Assembly: GCA_965219345.1 (NCBI GenBank)
Contig: OZ244732.1
Span: 1,728,001 to 1,792,000, forward strand
DNA: 64,000 nucleotides
Direction: 5' to 3'
Source of the DNA: Nitrosopumilus sp.
GTDB lineage: Archaea > Thermoproteota > Nitrososphaeria > Nitrososphaerales > Nitrosopumilaceae
Within the stretch, counting starts at the first letter, position 1. Each line of letters begins with the position of its first letter. Shown here piece after piece: positions 17,945-29,946 of this stretch. The notes beneath the pieces were generated by a model. That model searched no databases and was not told the origin of the DNA. It worked only from the letters and a program-made list of their open reading frames with translations. The position numbers and the translations under genes are program-made.

Positions 17945-18967
17945 ATGGGACTAAACCTAAAGGATTTGGTAGTAAGAGAGAAAACAAACCTAGAGGCGTT
18001 TTCGACTAAGATTATAGCAATTGATGCCTACAATGCGATCTACCAATTCCTAGCAAGCATTAGAGGTTCAGATGGATTACAGTTATCAGACTCTGAAGGA
18101 AGAATCACAAGTCATCTTAGCGGTCTACTTTACAGAAATGTCAACTTTCTGTCTTTAGGAATAAAGCCAGTTTATGTCTTCGATGGCAGGCCACCATCAC
18201 TAAAGACAGCAGAAATTGAACGGAGAAAACAGACCAAAAAAGATGCAACTGTCAAATATGAAAAAGCAATCACTGAAGGTAACATGGAGGATGCAAGAAA
18301 ATATGCACAACAAACAACCAGTATGAAAGATGGGATGGTAAAAGAATCAAAACAACTTTTAACATATTTTGGTATTCCATACATAGATGCGCTATCAGAA
18401 GGAGAAGCAACAGCTGCGCATCTAACAAACACTGGACAAGCATACGCATCTGCAAGTCAAGACTTTGATTCTATTTTATGTGGCGCAAAAAGATTGGTAA
18501 GAAATTTTACCAATAGTGGAAGAAGAAAATTACCAAGTAGAAATACTTACATCGATATTGTTCCAGAGATAATTGAAATACAGAAAACACTTGATGAATT
18601 AGGATTAACAAGGGAAGAACTTATTGACGTTGGAATTTTAATTGGAACTGATTTTAATCCAAATGGTTTTGATAGAATTGGTCCAAAAACCGCACTAAAA
18701 ATGATAAAACAACATTCAAGATTAGAGGATATTCCTCAAATTCAAGAACAGTTACAAGAGATAGATTTTCAACAGATCCGAAAAATCTTTTTGAAACCAG
18801 AAGTAACTGACGTGGATGAGATTGTTTTTGATAAAGTAGATTATGAGTCAATTACAAATTATCTAGTAAAAGAGAGAAGCTTCTCAGAAGACAGAATTCA
18901 AGCAACCTTAAACAGACTGAAAAAAGCACTAGAGAGAAAGAGTCAGAATCTAGACCAGTGGTTTTGA
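17945..18967 (+). CDS. fen: flap endonuclease 1
   Basis: [34 protein letters not shown]; C-terminal PIP box QNLDQWF. Confidence 0.97.
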   Translation: MGLNLKDLVVREKTNLEAFSTKIIAIDAYNAIYQFLASIRGSDGLQLSDSEGRITSHLSGLLYRNVNFLSLGIKPVYVFDGRPPSLKTAEIERRKQTKKDATVKYEKAITEGNMEDARKYAQQTTSMKDGMVKESKQLLTYFGIPYIDALSEGEATAAHLTNTGQAYASASQDFDSILCGAKRLVRNFTNSGRRKLPSRNTYIDIVPEIIEIQKTLDELGLTREELIDVGILIGTDFNPNGFDRIGPKTALKMIKQHSRLEDIPQIQEQLQEIDFQQIRKIFLKPEVTDVDEIVFDKVDYESITNYLVKERSFSEDRIQATLNRLKKALERKSQNLDQWF

Positions 18968-19008
18968 TAATATTTCAATTTAATAACTAGTCAATCTAAT
19001 TTTAAAAA

Positions 19009-19536
19009 ATGTATCAAACCGAAGCAAGAAAAACTCTCAAGGATGCACCTGTAATGTGGAGAAGAATAAATTCAATTGGCATAATTCTTGACTGCAATTC
19101 CACATATGCTGCAAACCTTGGATATGCAAAGTCAGAGATTTTAGGCAGGCCAATCTTTGAACATGTGCCTAAGGAGTCATGGGAAGCCATGAATGACTCT
19201 CTAAAAACATGGTTTGAGACAGGAAAGGTAACGGATAGAAAGATCACATTCAAAAGACAGGATGGAAGTACTTTCCCAGGATTATTGCAGGCAACAAGTC
19301 TTTATGATGAAAATAAAAATATGCTTGGAAGTAATACAGTGATTTTTGATTTAACACATATGACTAATGAAAAAATTATAGAGTATGAGGAATTTTTTAC
19401 AGAAGCAAACAATAGACTAGACGAAATCAAAGAAAAGGAATACGGTCAACTAGATAAGAATTCAAAATCAGAGTATGATGGACTCAAAAAGATGTTCGAT
19501 ATGCTTTCCACTGTTGGTCTAAGGGAATTAAAATGA
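19009..19536 (+). CDS. PAS domain protein
   Basis: GIILDCN..LGYAKSEILGRPI..KRQDGSTF. Confidence 0.8.
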   Translation: MYQTEARKTLKDAPVMWRRINSIGIILDCNSTYAANLGYAKSEILGRPIFEHVPKESWEAMNDSLKTWFETGKVTDRKITFKRQDGSTFPGLLQATSLYDENKNMLGSNTVIFDLTHMTNEKIIEYEEFFTEANNRLDEIKEKEYGQLDKNSKSEYDGLKKMFDMLSTVGLRELK

Positions 19537-19546
19537 ATGTAGTAAA

Positions 19547-21469
19547 TTATTTAGATTTTTCTTTAATTGATTTTTGAATCTGGTCAAATACACTTTGAAC
19601 TTCAGTTACTGCTGTACTATCTTCTAGTGTACTAACATCACCAATTTTTTCATTGTTTGCAATTGCTTTTAGTAATCTTCGCATAATTTTTCCACTACGA
19701 GTTTTTGGAAGTTTTGAAACGAAATAGATTTGTTTGGGGGTTGCAATTGCACCAATATCATTTCGTATTTTATTTGAAAGTTCTTTTTCTAAATCGCCAT
19801 GATTTTTTTCTACTCCTTGTTTTAGAACAACAAACGCAATTATCACTTCTCCTTTAACATCATCTGGAATTCCACATACTGCAGATTCTGCAACATGATT
19901 ATGAGATACAATACTACTTTCAAGTTCTGCGGTTCCAATTCTGTGTCCTGCTACTTTTAGAATATCATCTGCGCGTCCAAGTAACCAAAGATATCCATCT
20001 TCATCTTTTAGTGCATAGTCCCCTGGATAGTAATAGTTTTCATATTTTGACCAGTAAACAGTCTTGTATTTTTCATCATCACCCCACAACGTCAAAAGCA
20101 TTCCAGGCCAAGGATTCTTAATCACAAGGTATCCCTTTGTGTTTGGAGAAACATCAGCCCCATTTTCGTCAACCACTGCGATATTCACGCCTGGGATTGG
20201 GAGTGTTCCAGAACCGGGTTTTAGAGGAATTGTATCTAATCCAGGTAATGGGGAAATTAGCATCCCTCCAGTTTCAGTTTGCCACCAAGTATCAATGATT
20301 GGACACTTTTCTCTTCCAATAGTTTTGAAATACCATCTCCAGACTTTTGGATTTATTGGTTCTCCCACTGTTCCAAGCAATCGTAATGAAGAAAGATCAA
20401 AAGAGTTTGGAATGTCATCTCCAAATTTCATAAACATTCTAAGTGCAGTAGGCGTTGTATAGAAGGTTGTAACTTTGTATTTTTGTAAAATATCCCACAT
20501 TCTTGATGCATCAGGGTAATCAGGTGCACCTTCATACATTATTTCAGTGGCACCATGAAGTAATGGTGCATAGACAACGTAGCTATGGCCCGTTACCCAA
20601 CCAATATCAGCAGTGCAAAAAAACACATCAGAATCTTTAATGTCAAATGCCCATTTGAAAGTAGAATACAAATGTGTTAGATAGCCGCCAGTTCCATGCA
20701 AAACTCCTTTTGGTTTTCCAGTGGTTCCAGACGTGTATAATATGTAAAGAGGATGATTGCTATCTAATTTTTCTGCATCACAATCACCAGACACATCTTT
20801 CATTAAATCATTCCAAAGCTTATCTTTTAATGTCATCGAGATTTCATTTTTTGTTCTTTCAAGAACTATAACATGTTCTACAAAATCAAAATCTTTGACT
20901 GCTTCATCAACTACTTCTTTGAGTTTGACAATTTTCCCTCTCCTATATCCACCATCTGCAGTAATGACAACTTTAGATTTAGAATCATCAATTCTATCTC
21001 TAATTGATGTTGCACTAAAACCTGAAAAGACTACGGTGTGTGTAGCACCAATTCTTGCACATGCTAACATTGCCATTGGTAGTTCTGGCACCATTGGAAG
21101 ATAGATAGTAACTCTATCTCCTTTTTTGACACCCAATGACTTTAGAACATTTGAGAGTTTTTGGACTTGAACAAACATATCATGATATGTTATTTTTCTA
21201 GATTCACCATTTTCTCCTTCCCATAATATAGCAGGTTTGTCAGCCTTAGTATCTTGATGCACGTCAAGCGCATTATATGAGGCGTTAATTGTGCCTCCGA
21301 CAAACCATCTAGCAAAAGGAGGATGCCAATCAAGTGTCTTTTCCCAAGGTGAAAACCAGGAGAGGTTCTTGGCCTGATCATCCCAAAAAGATACAAAATC
21401 AGAGTTTGCATTTTTTCTTATTTTAGAGTCATCGTTTCCAAGGCCAATATTGTAAGTCTCAGACATCAA
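19547..21469 (-). CDS. acs: acetyl-CoA synthetase (AMP-forming)
   Basis: YTSGTTGKPKG, DTWWQTETG, GRADD, LPKTRSGKIMRR. Confidence 0.95.
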   Translation of the reverse strand: MMSETYNIGLGNDDSKIRKNANSDFVSFWDDQAKNLSWFSPWEKTLDWHPPFARWFVGGTINASYNALDVHQDTKADKPAILWEGENGESRKITYHDMFVQVQKLSNVLKSLGVKKGDRVTIYLPMVPELPMAMLACARIGATHTVVFSGFSATSIRDRIDDSKSKVVITADGGYRRGKIVKLKEVVDEAVKDFDFVEHVIVLERTKNEISMTLKDKLWNDLMKDVSGDCDAEKLDSNHPLYILYTSGTTGKPKGVLHGTGGYLTHLYSTFKWAFDIKDSDVFFCTADIGWVTGHSYVVYAPLLHGATEIMYEGAPDYPDASRMWDILQKYKVTTFYTTPTALRMFMKFGDDIPNSFDLSSLRLLGTVGEPINPKVWRWYFKTIGREKCPIIDTWWQTETGGMLISPLPGLDTIPLKPGSGTLPIPGVNIAVVDENGADVSPNTKGYLVIKNPWPGMLLTLWGDDEKYKTVYWSKYENYYYPGDYALKDEDGYLWLLGRADDILKVAGHRIGTAELESSIVSHNHVAESAVCGIPDDVKGEVIIAFVVLKQGVEKNHGDLEKELSNKIRNDIGAIATPKQIYFVSKLPKTRSGKIMRRLLKAIANNEKIGDVSTLEDSTAVTEVQSVFDQIQKSIKEKSK

Positions 21470-21520
21470 AAAGTGTATGAACGTAGATCTTTCTAAATGT
21501 TAAAAAAATAAATTAAAAAA

Positions 21521-22399
21521 TTATTGTACTTCCATTCTAGCGAGCCAATCATTATCGTTGTCTTCTTTTGGAGTTTCCGGGGTCACCTGTTTGGGTGGTT
21601 CTGGAAATTCAGCTGAAACTTCAGATTCAGTTGGAGATTCAGGTATTGGAAGAGTCTCTGTTCTGATTGGTTCTGAAGGTTGGGTTGTTGATACTGTTGG
21701 GACTTCTGGAAGTATTGTCTGAACTACTTGTTGTGGTTCAGGAGTCTCCAGATATGAAACGGCGGATTCTTGGATATTTACTTGTGGAGGAGCACTTACT
21801 GCTTGAACTTCCAATTCAAGATCTGCAATTCTACTCTTTACATTTGAGATTTCTGCTTTTTCGTGAGAAACACGCTCAATTACTTCAGTTGTGCATGATT
21901 TCACAGAATCAAATGTTATTTCAGAGATTTCATTGCTCTTGCATTGTACATTTGCATCAAACAATAGCATCCTTGCAGACTTCATCTCTTCGTCTAACTC
22001 AGTTATTCTTTCCTCTAGTTTGGCTTGGATTTCACTTTCTGTTTCATCCAATGCTACAAGTTTTGACTTGTATTTTTCATGAATCATTTCTGCATCTTCT
22101 TTCATGTGATCATTTTCAGAAGCAATGTCCATCAGTGCCTTTAGACGACGTAGAGTTAGTTGTTTTTCACGAATGAGTCTTTGAGAGTCAAGTCTCCATT
22201 TTGGAATGAAAATAACAGCTTCATTTTGGACTACTATTTGTTCAAACTGGATTTGCTGTAATCCTTGAGAACCGCAGTCAATACCAATGGATTGGATACT
22301 ACCATCAATGTCAGTTATTGTTCCTATGACTTTACCCATGAATGTTCCGTACATGTCTTTGACATTCTTGCCGATAATTTCGATATCATCGTTTGTCAT
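21521..22399 (-). CDS. cdvA: cell division protein CdvA-like
   Basis: N-terminal PRC barrel IIGKNVKDMYG, IPKWR, coiled coil, Pro/Glu-rich linker. Confidence 0.85.
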   Translation of the reverse strand: MTNDDIEIIGKNVKDMYGTFMGKVIGTITDIDGSIQSIGIDCGSQGLQQIQFEQIVVQNEAVIFIPKWRLDSQRLIREKQLTLRRLKALMDIASENDHMKEDAEMIHEKYKSKLVALDETESEIQAKLEERITELDEEMKSARMLLFDANVQCKSNEISEITFDSVKSCTTEVIERVSHEKAEISNVKSRIADLELEVQAVSAPPQVNIQESAVSYLETPEPQQVVQTILPEVPTVSTTQPSEPIRTETLPIPESPTESEVSAEFPEPPKQVTPETPKEDNDNDWLARMEVQ

Positions 22400-22532
22400 G
22401 TGAGATAATTATGAGGTTTGTATAACCGACAAAGTGTAAGTAATGTTTTTAGTTTTAGTAAGATTATTTTCACTAACTCAAAATATCTCAATTTTCAGTA
22501 ATTTTAAAATTTAGAGGCATACTAGTAGGCAC

Positions 22533-22826
22533 ATGATTCAAAGAGAAGAATTAGAGCAAATTTTGAGTTTTGTCGCAAGTAGATGGGTAGAACTTACAAA
22601 AGATCCAGATAGTAAAAATCTCGATAATTTACCAAGTGATTTTTGGATGAATTCTGTAGGTGGAAAAACTGCAAAAAATGGATACTGGGTTACAACATTA
22701 ATGTATACAGAAAACGAAGCAGATGCAGCAGGCTTCAAAGAAGTACTGTTAAGATGGCAAGCAAAAGGAAATGACAAAAACAGAGACAAAGGTCCCGATC
22801 TAATTCAAATTGGAAAAAAGAAATAG
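22533..22826 (+). CDS. hypothetical protein
   Basis: 97-aa ORF, host-like composition, upstream of thyX. Confidence 0.65.
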   Translation: MIQREELEQILSFVASRWVELTKDPDSKNLDNLPSDFWMNSVGGKTAKNGYWVTTLMYTENEADAAGFKEVLLRWQAKGNDKNRDKGPDLIQIGKKK

Positions 22827-22837
22827 ACTATTAATAA

Positions 22838-24478
22838 TTGAAAAACTGGACATTGGTATTGTCAGAGTTTTCAATTAAAGAAAAGAAGATCCTGTCAGAT
22901 CATTTTTCAAATACTGATAGAAGTGTCTTTGCAATAATTACTCCTAGACAAGTTGATCGTGGTGCACTGATGTCAAGATATAGTAGAACCAACAAAAGTA
23001 TGAGACGAATTTTTCTAGATGAGTTTTTAAAAAATAAAAACAGGGGTGAAGAATTTTACAATAGAGTTCTTTTAGAATATGGTGATGACTCTGTTGCAGA
23101 ATTAGGTGAAGCACAAATTGCAATTGAGGGTTTGTCAAACATTGCAGTAAAAAAAATTGAAGACAGAAGGATTGGACTGTCCTACTTGGAAAAATCGTCA
23201 AGATATGTTGCGTGGGATAAAAAAGAAAAAGGAAAATACCGATTTTACAGAGATCCTGAAATTATTAAATCAAGATTTGCAGATATGTATGAAGATACTT
23301 GTAATTTTTCATTTGATGTTTATTCAAAAAACATTGAACCGATGATAAACTATATCAGGAAAAAATATCCTATGGAAAAATATAGTTTTAAAGATTCAAC
23401 AGATGGAAAAGAAAAATCATTTTTCAAATTAAAAAATGAAGGAGACATAAAATCTGCCAATATGATTTACAGAGGTTCTACTAAAGCTAAAGCACTAGAT
23501 ATTCTTAGAGGATTATTACCGGCATCAACTTTGACAAATGTTGGAATTACGGGTAACGGCCGTGCGTTTGAATATCTTCTGACAGTTCTAGGCTCATCTG
23601 AACTAAGAGAAGAGAGGGATTTAGCCTCAAAAATCAAAAAAGAACTCGATACAACAATCAAATCATTTGTTGGGAGGGCAGATGACAAATACGGAAAAGC
23701 ATTTCAAAAATATCTCAAAGATATTAAAAATAAAACAAAATCAATTACTGCAAGACAGGTCAAACCAAAATCCACCATGGGAATGATAACAAAGCTTGTT
23801 GATTTTGAATCAGAGAAAATTGCGATGGATAAAATTATTACAAGTATAATTTATGAACAGTCACCAAGTACATCATATCAAAATATTTTACAGCAAGTAA
23901 AAAAATTTTCAAAGGAAAATAAAATTAAAATAATTAATGAATTTGCTAAACTTCGAACAAACAGACGCCATAGACCATCTAGGGCATTTGAAAGTGTCTA
24001 CTATACTTTTGATTTATGTAATAATTTTGGAATGTTCAGGGATTTTCATAGACATAGAGCTTTAACTCTAGAACGGCAATTGTTAACAACTGATCATGGA
24101 TTTAATATTCCAAATGAAATTAAGATTCTTGGAATTGAAAGAGACTTTAAGGATTGCATGAACAAAACCAAAGAAACATTTGAAAAAATTAGAAAAAAAT
24201 ATCCCGAACAGGGGCAATATGTAGTAAACTTTGCATACAACTATCCGTATTTCATGAAATTCAATCTAAGAGAAGCCTGTCACCTAATTGAATTAAGAAC
24301 AGTTCCACAAGGACATGTAGATTATAGACTAGTGGCACAACAAATGTTCAGACAGATTAACAAAATACATCCCAATTTGAGTAAAATTATGAAATTTGTG
24401 GATTTAAAGAGATATGATTTAGAAAGATTTGAATCAGAAAAGAGAACAGAAGAGAAGAGGAAGAAGTTAAAAAAATAG
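22838..24478 (+). CDS. thyX: FAD-dependent thymidylate synthase (tandem ThyX domains)
   Basis: [34 protein letters not shown]. Confidence 0.9.
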   Translation: MKNWTLVLSEFSIKEKKILSDHFSNTDRSVFAIITPRQVDRGALMSRYSRTNKSMRRIFLDEFLKNKNRGEEFYNRVLLEYGDDSVAELGEAQIAIEGLSNIAVKKIEDRRIGLSYLEKSSRYVAWDKKEKGKYRFYRDPEIIKSRFADMYEDTCNFSFDVYSKNIEPMINYIRKKYPMEKYSFKDSTDGKEKSFFKLKNEGDIKSANMIYRGSTKAKALDILRGLLPASTLTNVGITGNGRAFEYLLTVLGSSELREERDLASKIKKELDTTIKSFVGRADDKYGKAFQKYLKDIKNKTKSITARQVKPKSTMGMITKLVDFESEKIAMDKIITSIIYEQSPSTSYQNILQQVKKFSKENKIKIINEFAKLRTNRRHRPSRAFESVYYTFDLCNNFGMFRDFHRHRALTLERQLLTTDHGFNIPNEIKILGIERDFKDCMNKTKETFEKIRKKYPEQGQYVVNFAYNYPYFMKFNLREACHLIELRTVPQGHVDYRLVAQQMFRQINKIHPNLSKIMKFVDLKRYDLERFESEKRTEEKRKKLKK

Positions 24479-24514
24479 AAAAATATTCTAATATCAAAGG
24501 AAATTGAATAGATT

Positions 24515-24919
24515 ATGACGGAGAAAATTGTAAAAACACCCGAAGAATGGAGAGAGAAGCTAAACCCTGATCAATATGAAATTTGCATCAATCATGGAAC
24601 TGAACCGCCATTTTCCGGAAAATACAACAATAGTAAATTTGATGGAGCATACAAATGCGTATGCTGTGGAGAAGAACTTTTTTCATCTGATACAAAGTTT
24701 GATTCGGGTTCAGGTTGGCCAAGTTTTTGGAAACCAATCTCAGAAGACAGAATAGAATACATTTCAGATACAGCACACGGAATGGTTCGTACAGAAGTTA
24801 ATTGTAACAAATGTGGAGCACATCTAGGTCACGTATTTGATGATGGGCCAAAGCCCACAAATTCTAGATATTGCATAAATTCGATCTCATTGCAACATGA
24901 AAATGATAATGATGAGTGA
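24515..24919 (+). CDS. msrB: methionine-R-sulfoxide reductase
   Basis: [31 protein letters not shown]. Confidence 0.97.
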   Translation: MTEKIVKTPEEWREKLNPDQYEICINHGTEPPFSGKYNNSKFDGAYKCVCCGEELFSSDTKFDSGSGWPSFWKPISEDRIEYISDTAHGMVRTEVNCNKCGAHLGHVFDDGPKPTNSRYCINSISLQHENDNDE

Positions 24920-24994
24920 TTTTGTATTCATTGTTGAGAGAAATTATTTTACAATAGTTTAATTACAACACGATTTCACCAGTTTTAGAAAGAT

Positions 24995-25369
24995 ATGTCA
25001 TTTGATAGGGAAAGAGAAATGTTTACAGCAACTTGTGGTGACTGTGGAAATGAATGCCAAATACCATTCAAACCAAAAGAGGACAGACCTGTTTATTGTA
25101 ATGAATGTTTCCGAAATCATAAGCCAGAACCAAGAGGTGGTGGCGGTAGATTTGGAGGCAGATCCGGAGGTTATGGCGGAAACAGAGGTGGAAGATCCGG
25201 AGGTTATGGTGGAAACAGAGATTCCAGATTTGGTAGAAGAGATGACAGACCACGGGAAATGTTTGATGCAAAATGCGGAGATTGTGGAAATGATTGCCAA
25301 ATACCATTCAAACCAAAAGAGGACAGGCCTGTTTATTGTAATGAATGCTTCCGAAATCACAGACGTTAG
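24995..25369 (+). CDS. tandem CxxC-x17-CxxC zinc-ribbon protein with RGG-rich linker
   Basis: Two near-identical CGDCG..PFKPKEDRPVYCNECF domains (also a DNA direct repeat) flank a GGRSGGYGGNR repeat. Confidence 0.85.
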   Translation: MSFDREREMFTATCGDCGNECQIPFKPKEDRPVYCNECFRNHKPEPRGGGGRFGGRSGGYGGNRGGRSGGYGGNRDSRFGRRDDRPREMFDAKCGDCGNDCQIPFKPKEDRPVYCNECFRNHRR

Positions 25370-25468
25370 TAAATTGTTTTGAATAAGCATTATACATAAT
25401 TAGTTATATGAAAATCAAAAGGGAGATAAAATGAACTATATTTGTATACCAAAAAGGAATGAGGAATT

Positions 25469-26479
25469 TTGAGAATAATACTATGTGGTTTCGGGGTTGT
25501 TGGTCAAAGTTTAGTTAAATTATTTGATTCAAGATCAGAGGATCTTTATGCAAAATATGGACTCAAGCCAAGAGTAGTAGGAGTAGTTGATAGTAAAGGA
25601 AGTGCGGTAGACCCATCAGGATTAGAGTTTAACAAACTTATCGAAATAAAGAAAAAATTTGGAACTGTAAAAAATTATGCAAACACAAGAAATGCTATGT
25701 CTGGAATTGATGTGTTGAAAAATATCGAGGCAGACGTGTTGATTGAGACTACTGCAAGTAACTACAAGGATGCAGAACCTGGAATGACTCACATTACAAC
25801 TGCCATGAAAAAAGGCTTGCATGTAATTTCTGTAAACAAAGGCCCACTGGCTTTAGCATTTCCATCACTCATGGAACTTGCCACATACAATCAAGTCATT
25901 TTAAAATTTAGTGGCACAGTAGGAGGAGGAACCCCAATTCTAGACTATGCTAAAAACAGCTTAAGTGGTGAAAGAATAACGGCATTTTCAGGAATCCTAA
26001 ATGGAACCACAAATTACATTTTATCAAATATGAGTACAGGATTATCTTTTAGTGAAGCACTCAAAGATGCCAAAGGCAAGGGATATGTTGAAGCTGATGA
26101 ATCCTTGGATTTGGATGGTTTGGATGCAGCTGCCAAACTAGTAATTCTTGCAAACTGGATAATGGGAATGAAAGTTACAATGCCAGATATTAATTGTACA
26201 GGAATACGAAAAGTTTCAACAGAAGATATCAAAAAAGCGGCCAAGAATAATTGTGTTATAAAATTAATTGCAACATGTAACAAAGAACTTGTTGTAGGGC
26301 CAAAAGAGGTGCCAAAAGATGACCCGCTTTGTGTTAATGGAACACTAAATGCAATTGCTTTTACTTCAGAGCACTCAGGTACACAAACAATAATTGGTAA
26401 AGGAGCTGGAGGAATGGAAACTGCCAGTTCTGTTCTAAGGGATTTGTTAGATATTAGACAAGAGATTGCAAAAACTTGA
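25469..26479 (+). CDS. hom: homoserine dehydrogenase
   Basis: GFGVVG, NKGPL, VGGGTP, GILNGTTNYIL, GKGAGG.ETAS. Confidence 0.95.
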   Translation: MRIILCGFGVVGQSLVKLFDSRSEDLYAKYGLKPRVVGVVDSKGSAVDPSGLEFNKLIEIKKKFGTVKNYANTRNAMSGIDVLKNIEADVLIETTASNYKDAEPGMTHITTAMKKGLHVISVNKGPLALAFPSLMELATYNQVILKFSGTVGGGTPILDYAKNSLSGERITAFSGILNGTTNYILSNMSTGLSFSEALKDAKGKGYVEADESLDLDGLDAAAKLVILANWIMGMKVTMPDINCTGIRKVSTEDIKKAAKNNCVIKLIATCNKELVVGPKEVPKDDPLCVNGTLNAIAFTSEHSGTQTIIGKGAGGMETASSVLRDLLDIRQEIAKT

Positions 26480-26952
26480 AATCCAATCTAATTTCAAAAA
26501 GTGAGACATCTGCACTACTAAAAACAGTTTCAGAGATATGGAGGATAGAGTGTCCGAAAATAAAAAATCTCAAAGTTTATCAAATTTCTAGCGAGGCACG
26601 AATCATCACAGGAAATGGAATAAAGATATTGAAAATTAATAATGATTATTTGCCATTTTTATCAGAAACTAAAACTCTGGAAAAATTCCCAAATGTCATG
26701 GTGGATATGGGTGCTGTTAAATTTATGTGCAAAGGAGCAAATGTTATGAGACCAGGAATTAAAAATTTTACGGAATTTGAGAAAGACAAGATTGTATGCA
26801 TCATAGAAGAATCTCAACACAAGTTTTTAGCAGTTGGAAAGGCAATGGTTTCTAGTTCAGAGTTAGAAAATATGGAAAAAGGAGAGGTTGTAAAAAATTT
26901 ACATTATATTTCTGATAAATTTTGGGAAACTGGGAAAACAATTTATGATTAA
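26476..26952 (+). CDS. PUA-domain RNA-binding protein
   Basis: VDMGAVKFMCKGANVMRPGI..KGEVVKNLHYISD. Confidence 0.85.
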   Translation: MKSNLISKSETSALLKTVSEIWRIECPKIKNLKVYQISSEARIITGNGIKILKINNDYLPFLSETKTLEKFPNVMVDMGAVKFMCKGANVMRPGIKNFTEFEKDKIVCIIEESQHKFLAVGKAMVSSSELENMEKGEVVKNLHYISDKFWETGKTIYD

Positions 26953-26981
26953 AGCAGTTTTTTCAAGATTAAGATTTGTGT

Positions 26982-27578
26982 TTATTTGATTTCTTCTGTA
27001 AATTCTTCAGTGCCTTGGTTAGTGATTACAAGAATGTCTAAACCATCACCACTTGCAGAATCTCTCAGAATTGCTGAATGAACTGCACGTTTAGCCAAAT
27101 CAATTGCGTCGTCTTTAGTCATGTTAGGTTTGAATTGAGGATCTAATACGCCTAATGCCATTTCAGCGCCAGTTCCAACTGCTGCATATTCATCGGGAAG
27201 AACTGAACCTAAGGGGTCAAGAGTATACATTACTGGTTTGTCAACAACACCTCCAACAATCACTTGAGTCAATAATGGGAAATATCTTCGCTCATACATC
27301 ATATTTGACATCATTTTTGCAACTGTGTTTGGAGGAACATCTCGTTTGATTTCCATTTTTCTAATTTTTGCAAGAGCCGCAATTTGCAAGGACAAAATTT
27401 GCATATCTGCCACAAGGCCAGCACAAGTTGCACCAACTTTGGAAGTTATGGGAAATGTTTTCTTGGTTGATTTACTCACAAGGAAATTTCCAAATGCGAT
27501 CCTTTTTTCACTAGCAAAAACGACACCGCCATCAAAAGTAATTCCAACAGCAGTTGCTCCTGGCATATACATGGACAT
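26982..27578 (-). CDS. psmB: proteasome beta subunit
   Basis: GATAVGI, AGLVADMQ, LDPLGS, RDSASGDG. Confidence 0.93.
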   Translation of the reverse strand: MSMYMPGATAVGITFDGGVVFASEKRIAFGNFLVSKSTKKTFPITSKVGATCAGLVADMQILSLQIAALAKIRKMEIKRDVPPNTVAKMMSNMMYERRYFPLLTQVIVGGVVDKPVMYTLDPLGSVLPDEYAAVGTGAEMALGVLDPQFKPNMTKDDAIDLAKRAVHSAILRDSASGDGLDILVITNQGTEEFTEEIK

Positions 27579-27670
27579 AATTCAAATAATTTTGCAGCAT
27601 AATAAAGGGCTTTCTACATAGCAAGCATGATTCCGAGTAAAATAGCCACACTAAATTTCAGATGTCTTTA

Positions 27671-29032
27671 CTAGTTTTTTCCAAAGTTTTCCATAATCAA
27701 ACAAATACACTTGGTTGTTTTCTTTAACAAATCAACCCGGGCAAATTCGTTTGGAGAATGAATTCTAGAAAACATGTAGGTACTTCCTATCGATATGCAT
27801 GGAGCTTTCAAAATATCAACAAAGGGATACATTGGACCTGTTCCAGCATTTGAGACATTTAGGATAGATTTCCCATATGATTTATCAGCTGCCTCTTTAA
27901 CTTGGGTTACAAATGGTTCTGAAGAGCTAGTTCTGGCAGCTGCCTCGCCATGAAATACCTTGATTTTGATATCAGCAAATCCTTTGGATTTCAGATGTTT
28001 TTTTAATCTCATAACTTGTTTTTTTGGATTCATTTTAGGTACCAATCTAAAATCAATTTTGACTAGAGCTTCACCCGGAAGAACTGTTTTTGCGCCGTCA
28101 CCGGTATATCCAGAGACAAATCCAGCAATATTACAAGTAGTGCCTCCCGCCAAAGCCTTTTTTGCACTCATTCCTTTTTTGTCACCTACAAAAGATTTGA
28201 TTCCAAATTCTTTTTTGAAAACATTTTCATCAAAAGGTTCTTTCCGGATTAGTTCCAAGTCATTTTTTGAGAATGGTGTGACTTCTTTGTACCAATCTTT
28301 AATGAGGATTTTTCCGTTTGAATCCCTAAGGGTCTTAACAGCATCAATTAATCGCCATGCAGGATTTTTTATCAAAACTGCCAAACTGGAATGAGCATCA
28401 ATAATTGACTCCTTTATTGATAATTCAACAAACAATAATCCTTTCATTCCTAGGCCAACTATCGGCCTATTTTTTGCATCAACATATCCAAATTCCCAGA
28501 TAACCCCATCACAGGAAAATTTGTTTTTATATTTTTTTAGATATTTTTCAATATGAGCACTTCCAGTTTCTTCTTCGCCTTCAATTACAAATTTTATGTT
28601 GCAAGGAACATCGCTTGATGTTTTTAGACAGGCTTCAACTGCTTTGATTCTAGTAATTAATTCACCTTTGTCATCAGTTGCCCCCCTCCCAAAGATTTTA
28701 TTTCCTTTTCTTGTTCCGCTAAATGGAGGATCATCCCATAAATCAAATGGTTCAGCCGGTTGCACATCATAATGATTGTAAAACATCAAAGTCTTTGCTG
28801 AGTTTTGTTTTGATTTTATTTCTCCATAAACAATAGGTGCAACCCCTTTTTTCAATCGTAAGATTTCAGATTTTAGTCCAGATTTCTTCAATAATTTTTT
28901 TACAAGTTTTGCACATTCCTCAATTCCTTCGTTTTTTGCCGAGACGCTTGGCTGCCTAATCAAAGTTTGTAGGTCTGAAATTAGATTATTCATGTTAGAA
29001 TCTATGTGTTTTAATGCATTCATGTTATTCAC
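27671..29032 (-). CDS. M20 family metallopeptidase (dipeptidase-like)
   Basis: NHYDVQP, GRGATDDKG, EGEEETGS, HSPNE. Confidence 0.92.
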   Translation of the reverse strand: MNNMNALKHIDSNMNNLISDLQTLIRQPSVSAKNEGIEECAKLVKKLLKKSGLKSEILRLKKGVAPIVYGEIKSKQNSAKTLMFYNHYDVQPAEPFDLWDDPPFSGTRKGNKIFGRGATDDKGELITRIKAVEACLKTSSDVPCNIKFVIEGEEETGSAHIEKYLKKYKNKFSCDGVIWEFGYVDAKNRPIVGLGMKGLLFVELSIKESIIDAHSSLAVLIKNPAWRLIDAVKTLRDSNGKILIKDWYKEVTPFSKNDLELIRKEPFDENVFKKEFGIKSFVGDKKGMSAKKALAGGTTCNIAGFVSGYTGDGAKTVLPGEALVKIDFRLVPKMNPKKQVMRLKKHLKSKGFADIKIKVFHGEAAARTSSSEPFVTQVKEAADKSYGKSILNVSNAGTGPMYPFVDILKAPCISIGSTYMFSRIHSPNEFARVDLLKKTTKCICLIMENFGKN

Positions 29033-29892
29033 ACAATTTTATCAAAAGGCTTCATTACAGTTGGAATTTCATCTAAAAGATCCATAGAGGTCATATGTAA
29101 CCCCAATTTCTTTTGAACAGCCTTTCCTAGCAATCCGTTGATGAAGGTAGCTGCTGCTGCAGATTCTAAAGGATTTCGATTTTTAGAAAGCATTCCGGCT
29201 ACTAATCCTGAAAGAACATCACCAGTTCCACCAACTGTCATGGCAGGAATTTTTTTCTCGTAAAGATAAGTGGTTAAACCATTTGATATCACGTCTGTTG
29301 ATCCTTTTAGTAGAACTGTGATTCCATATTTCTTGGCATTTTTTTCTACCAATTTGATTCGTTCGTTTTTTGAGTTAGAAGGAGATTCTCCAAATAATCG
29401 CTTGAATTCTCCAGCATGAGGAGTTACTACAACATTTTTGTTTGCTAAAAGAGGTAAGACTTCAGGAATTAATGCGCTTGCATCTAATGATAATCTAACA
29501 TCTCTATCTAAAAGTGATTTAACCAGAATCAACAATGCATTTTTTTCTTGTATTGCAAGACCCATACCAATTGTTGCGGAATGTAAGTTTCTAGGTAATG
29601 CACCCACAAGTTTGTTTACAGCACCACGAGTTAATTTTTGATCAACTAAAGGAATCACAATAAGATTTGGGGAAATTGCACGTGTTGGTGTTACGTTGAT
29701 TTTCGGTACAGAGGTATAAACTAGATCAGTTCCACATCTAAGAGCCGCAATCGAGGATAAAATTGGAGCGCCGTGATAGATGTAGCTTCCACCAACCACA
29801 AGAACAATTCCATTATCACCTTTTCTAGATTTAGATTTTCGTGCAGGAATGAATTTCTTAACAATGGATGTTGAAAGATTCTTTCGTACCAT
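29029..29892 (-). CDS. nnrD: ADP-dependent NAD(P)H-hydrate dehydratase
   Basis: RKGDNG.VLVVGGS, TPHAGEF, GGTGDVLSG. Confidence 0.92.
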   Translation of the reverse strand: MVRKNLSTSIVKKFIPARKSKSRKGDNGIVLVVGGSYIYHGAPILSSIAALRCGTDLVYTSVPKINVTPTRAISPNLIVIPLVDQKLTRGAVNKLVGALPRNLHSATIGMGLAIQEKNALLILVKSLLDRDVRLSLDASALIPEVLPLLANKNVVVTPHAGEFKRLFGESPSNSKNERIKLVEKNAKKYGITVLLKGSTDVISNGLTTYLYEKKIPAMTVGGTGDVLSGLVAGMLSKNRNPLESAAAATFINGLLGKAVQKKLGLHMTSMDLLDEIPTVMKPFDKIV

Positions 29893-29946
29893 TACAATAT
29901 ACTCTAAAAAATAGAGGAATAAATCTTGTTTTGATATAAATTGAGA

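Noticed and set aside
24998-25390. Overlapping alternative ORFs and an internal DNA duplication
   Set aside because: Explained by the tandem CxxC-x17-CxxC gene
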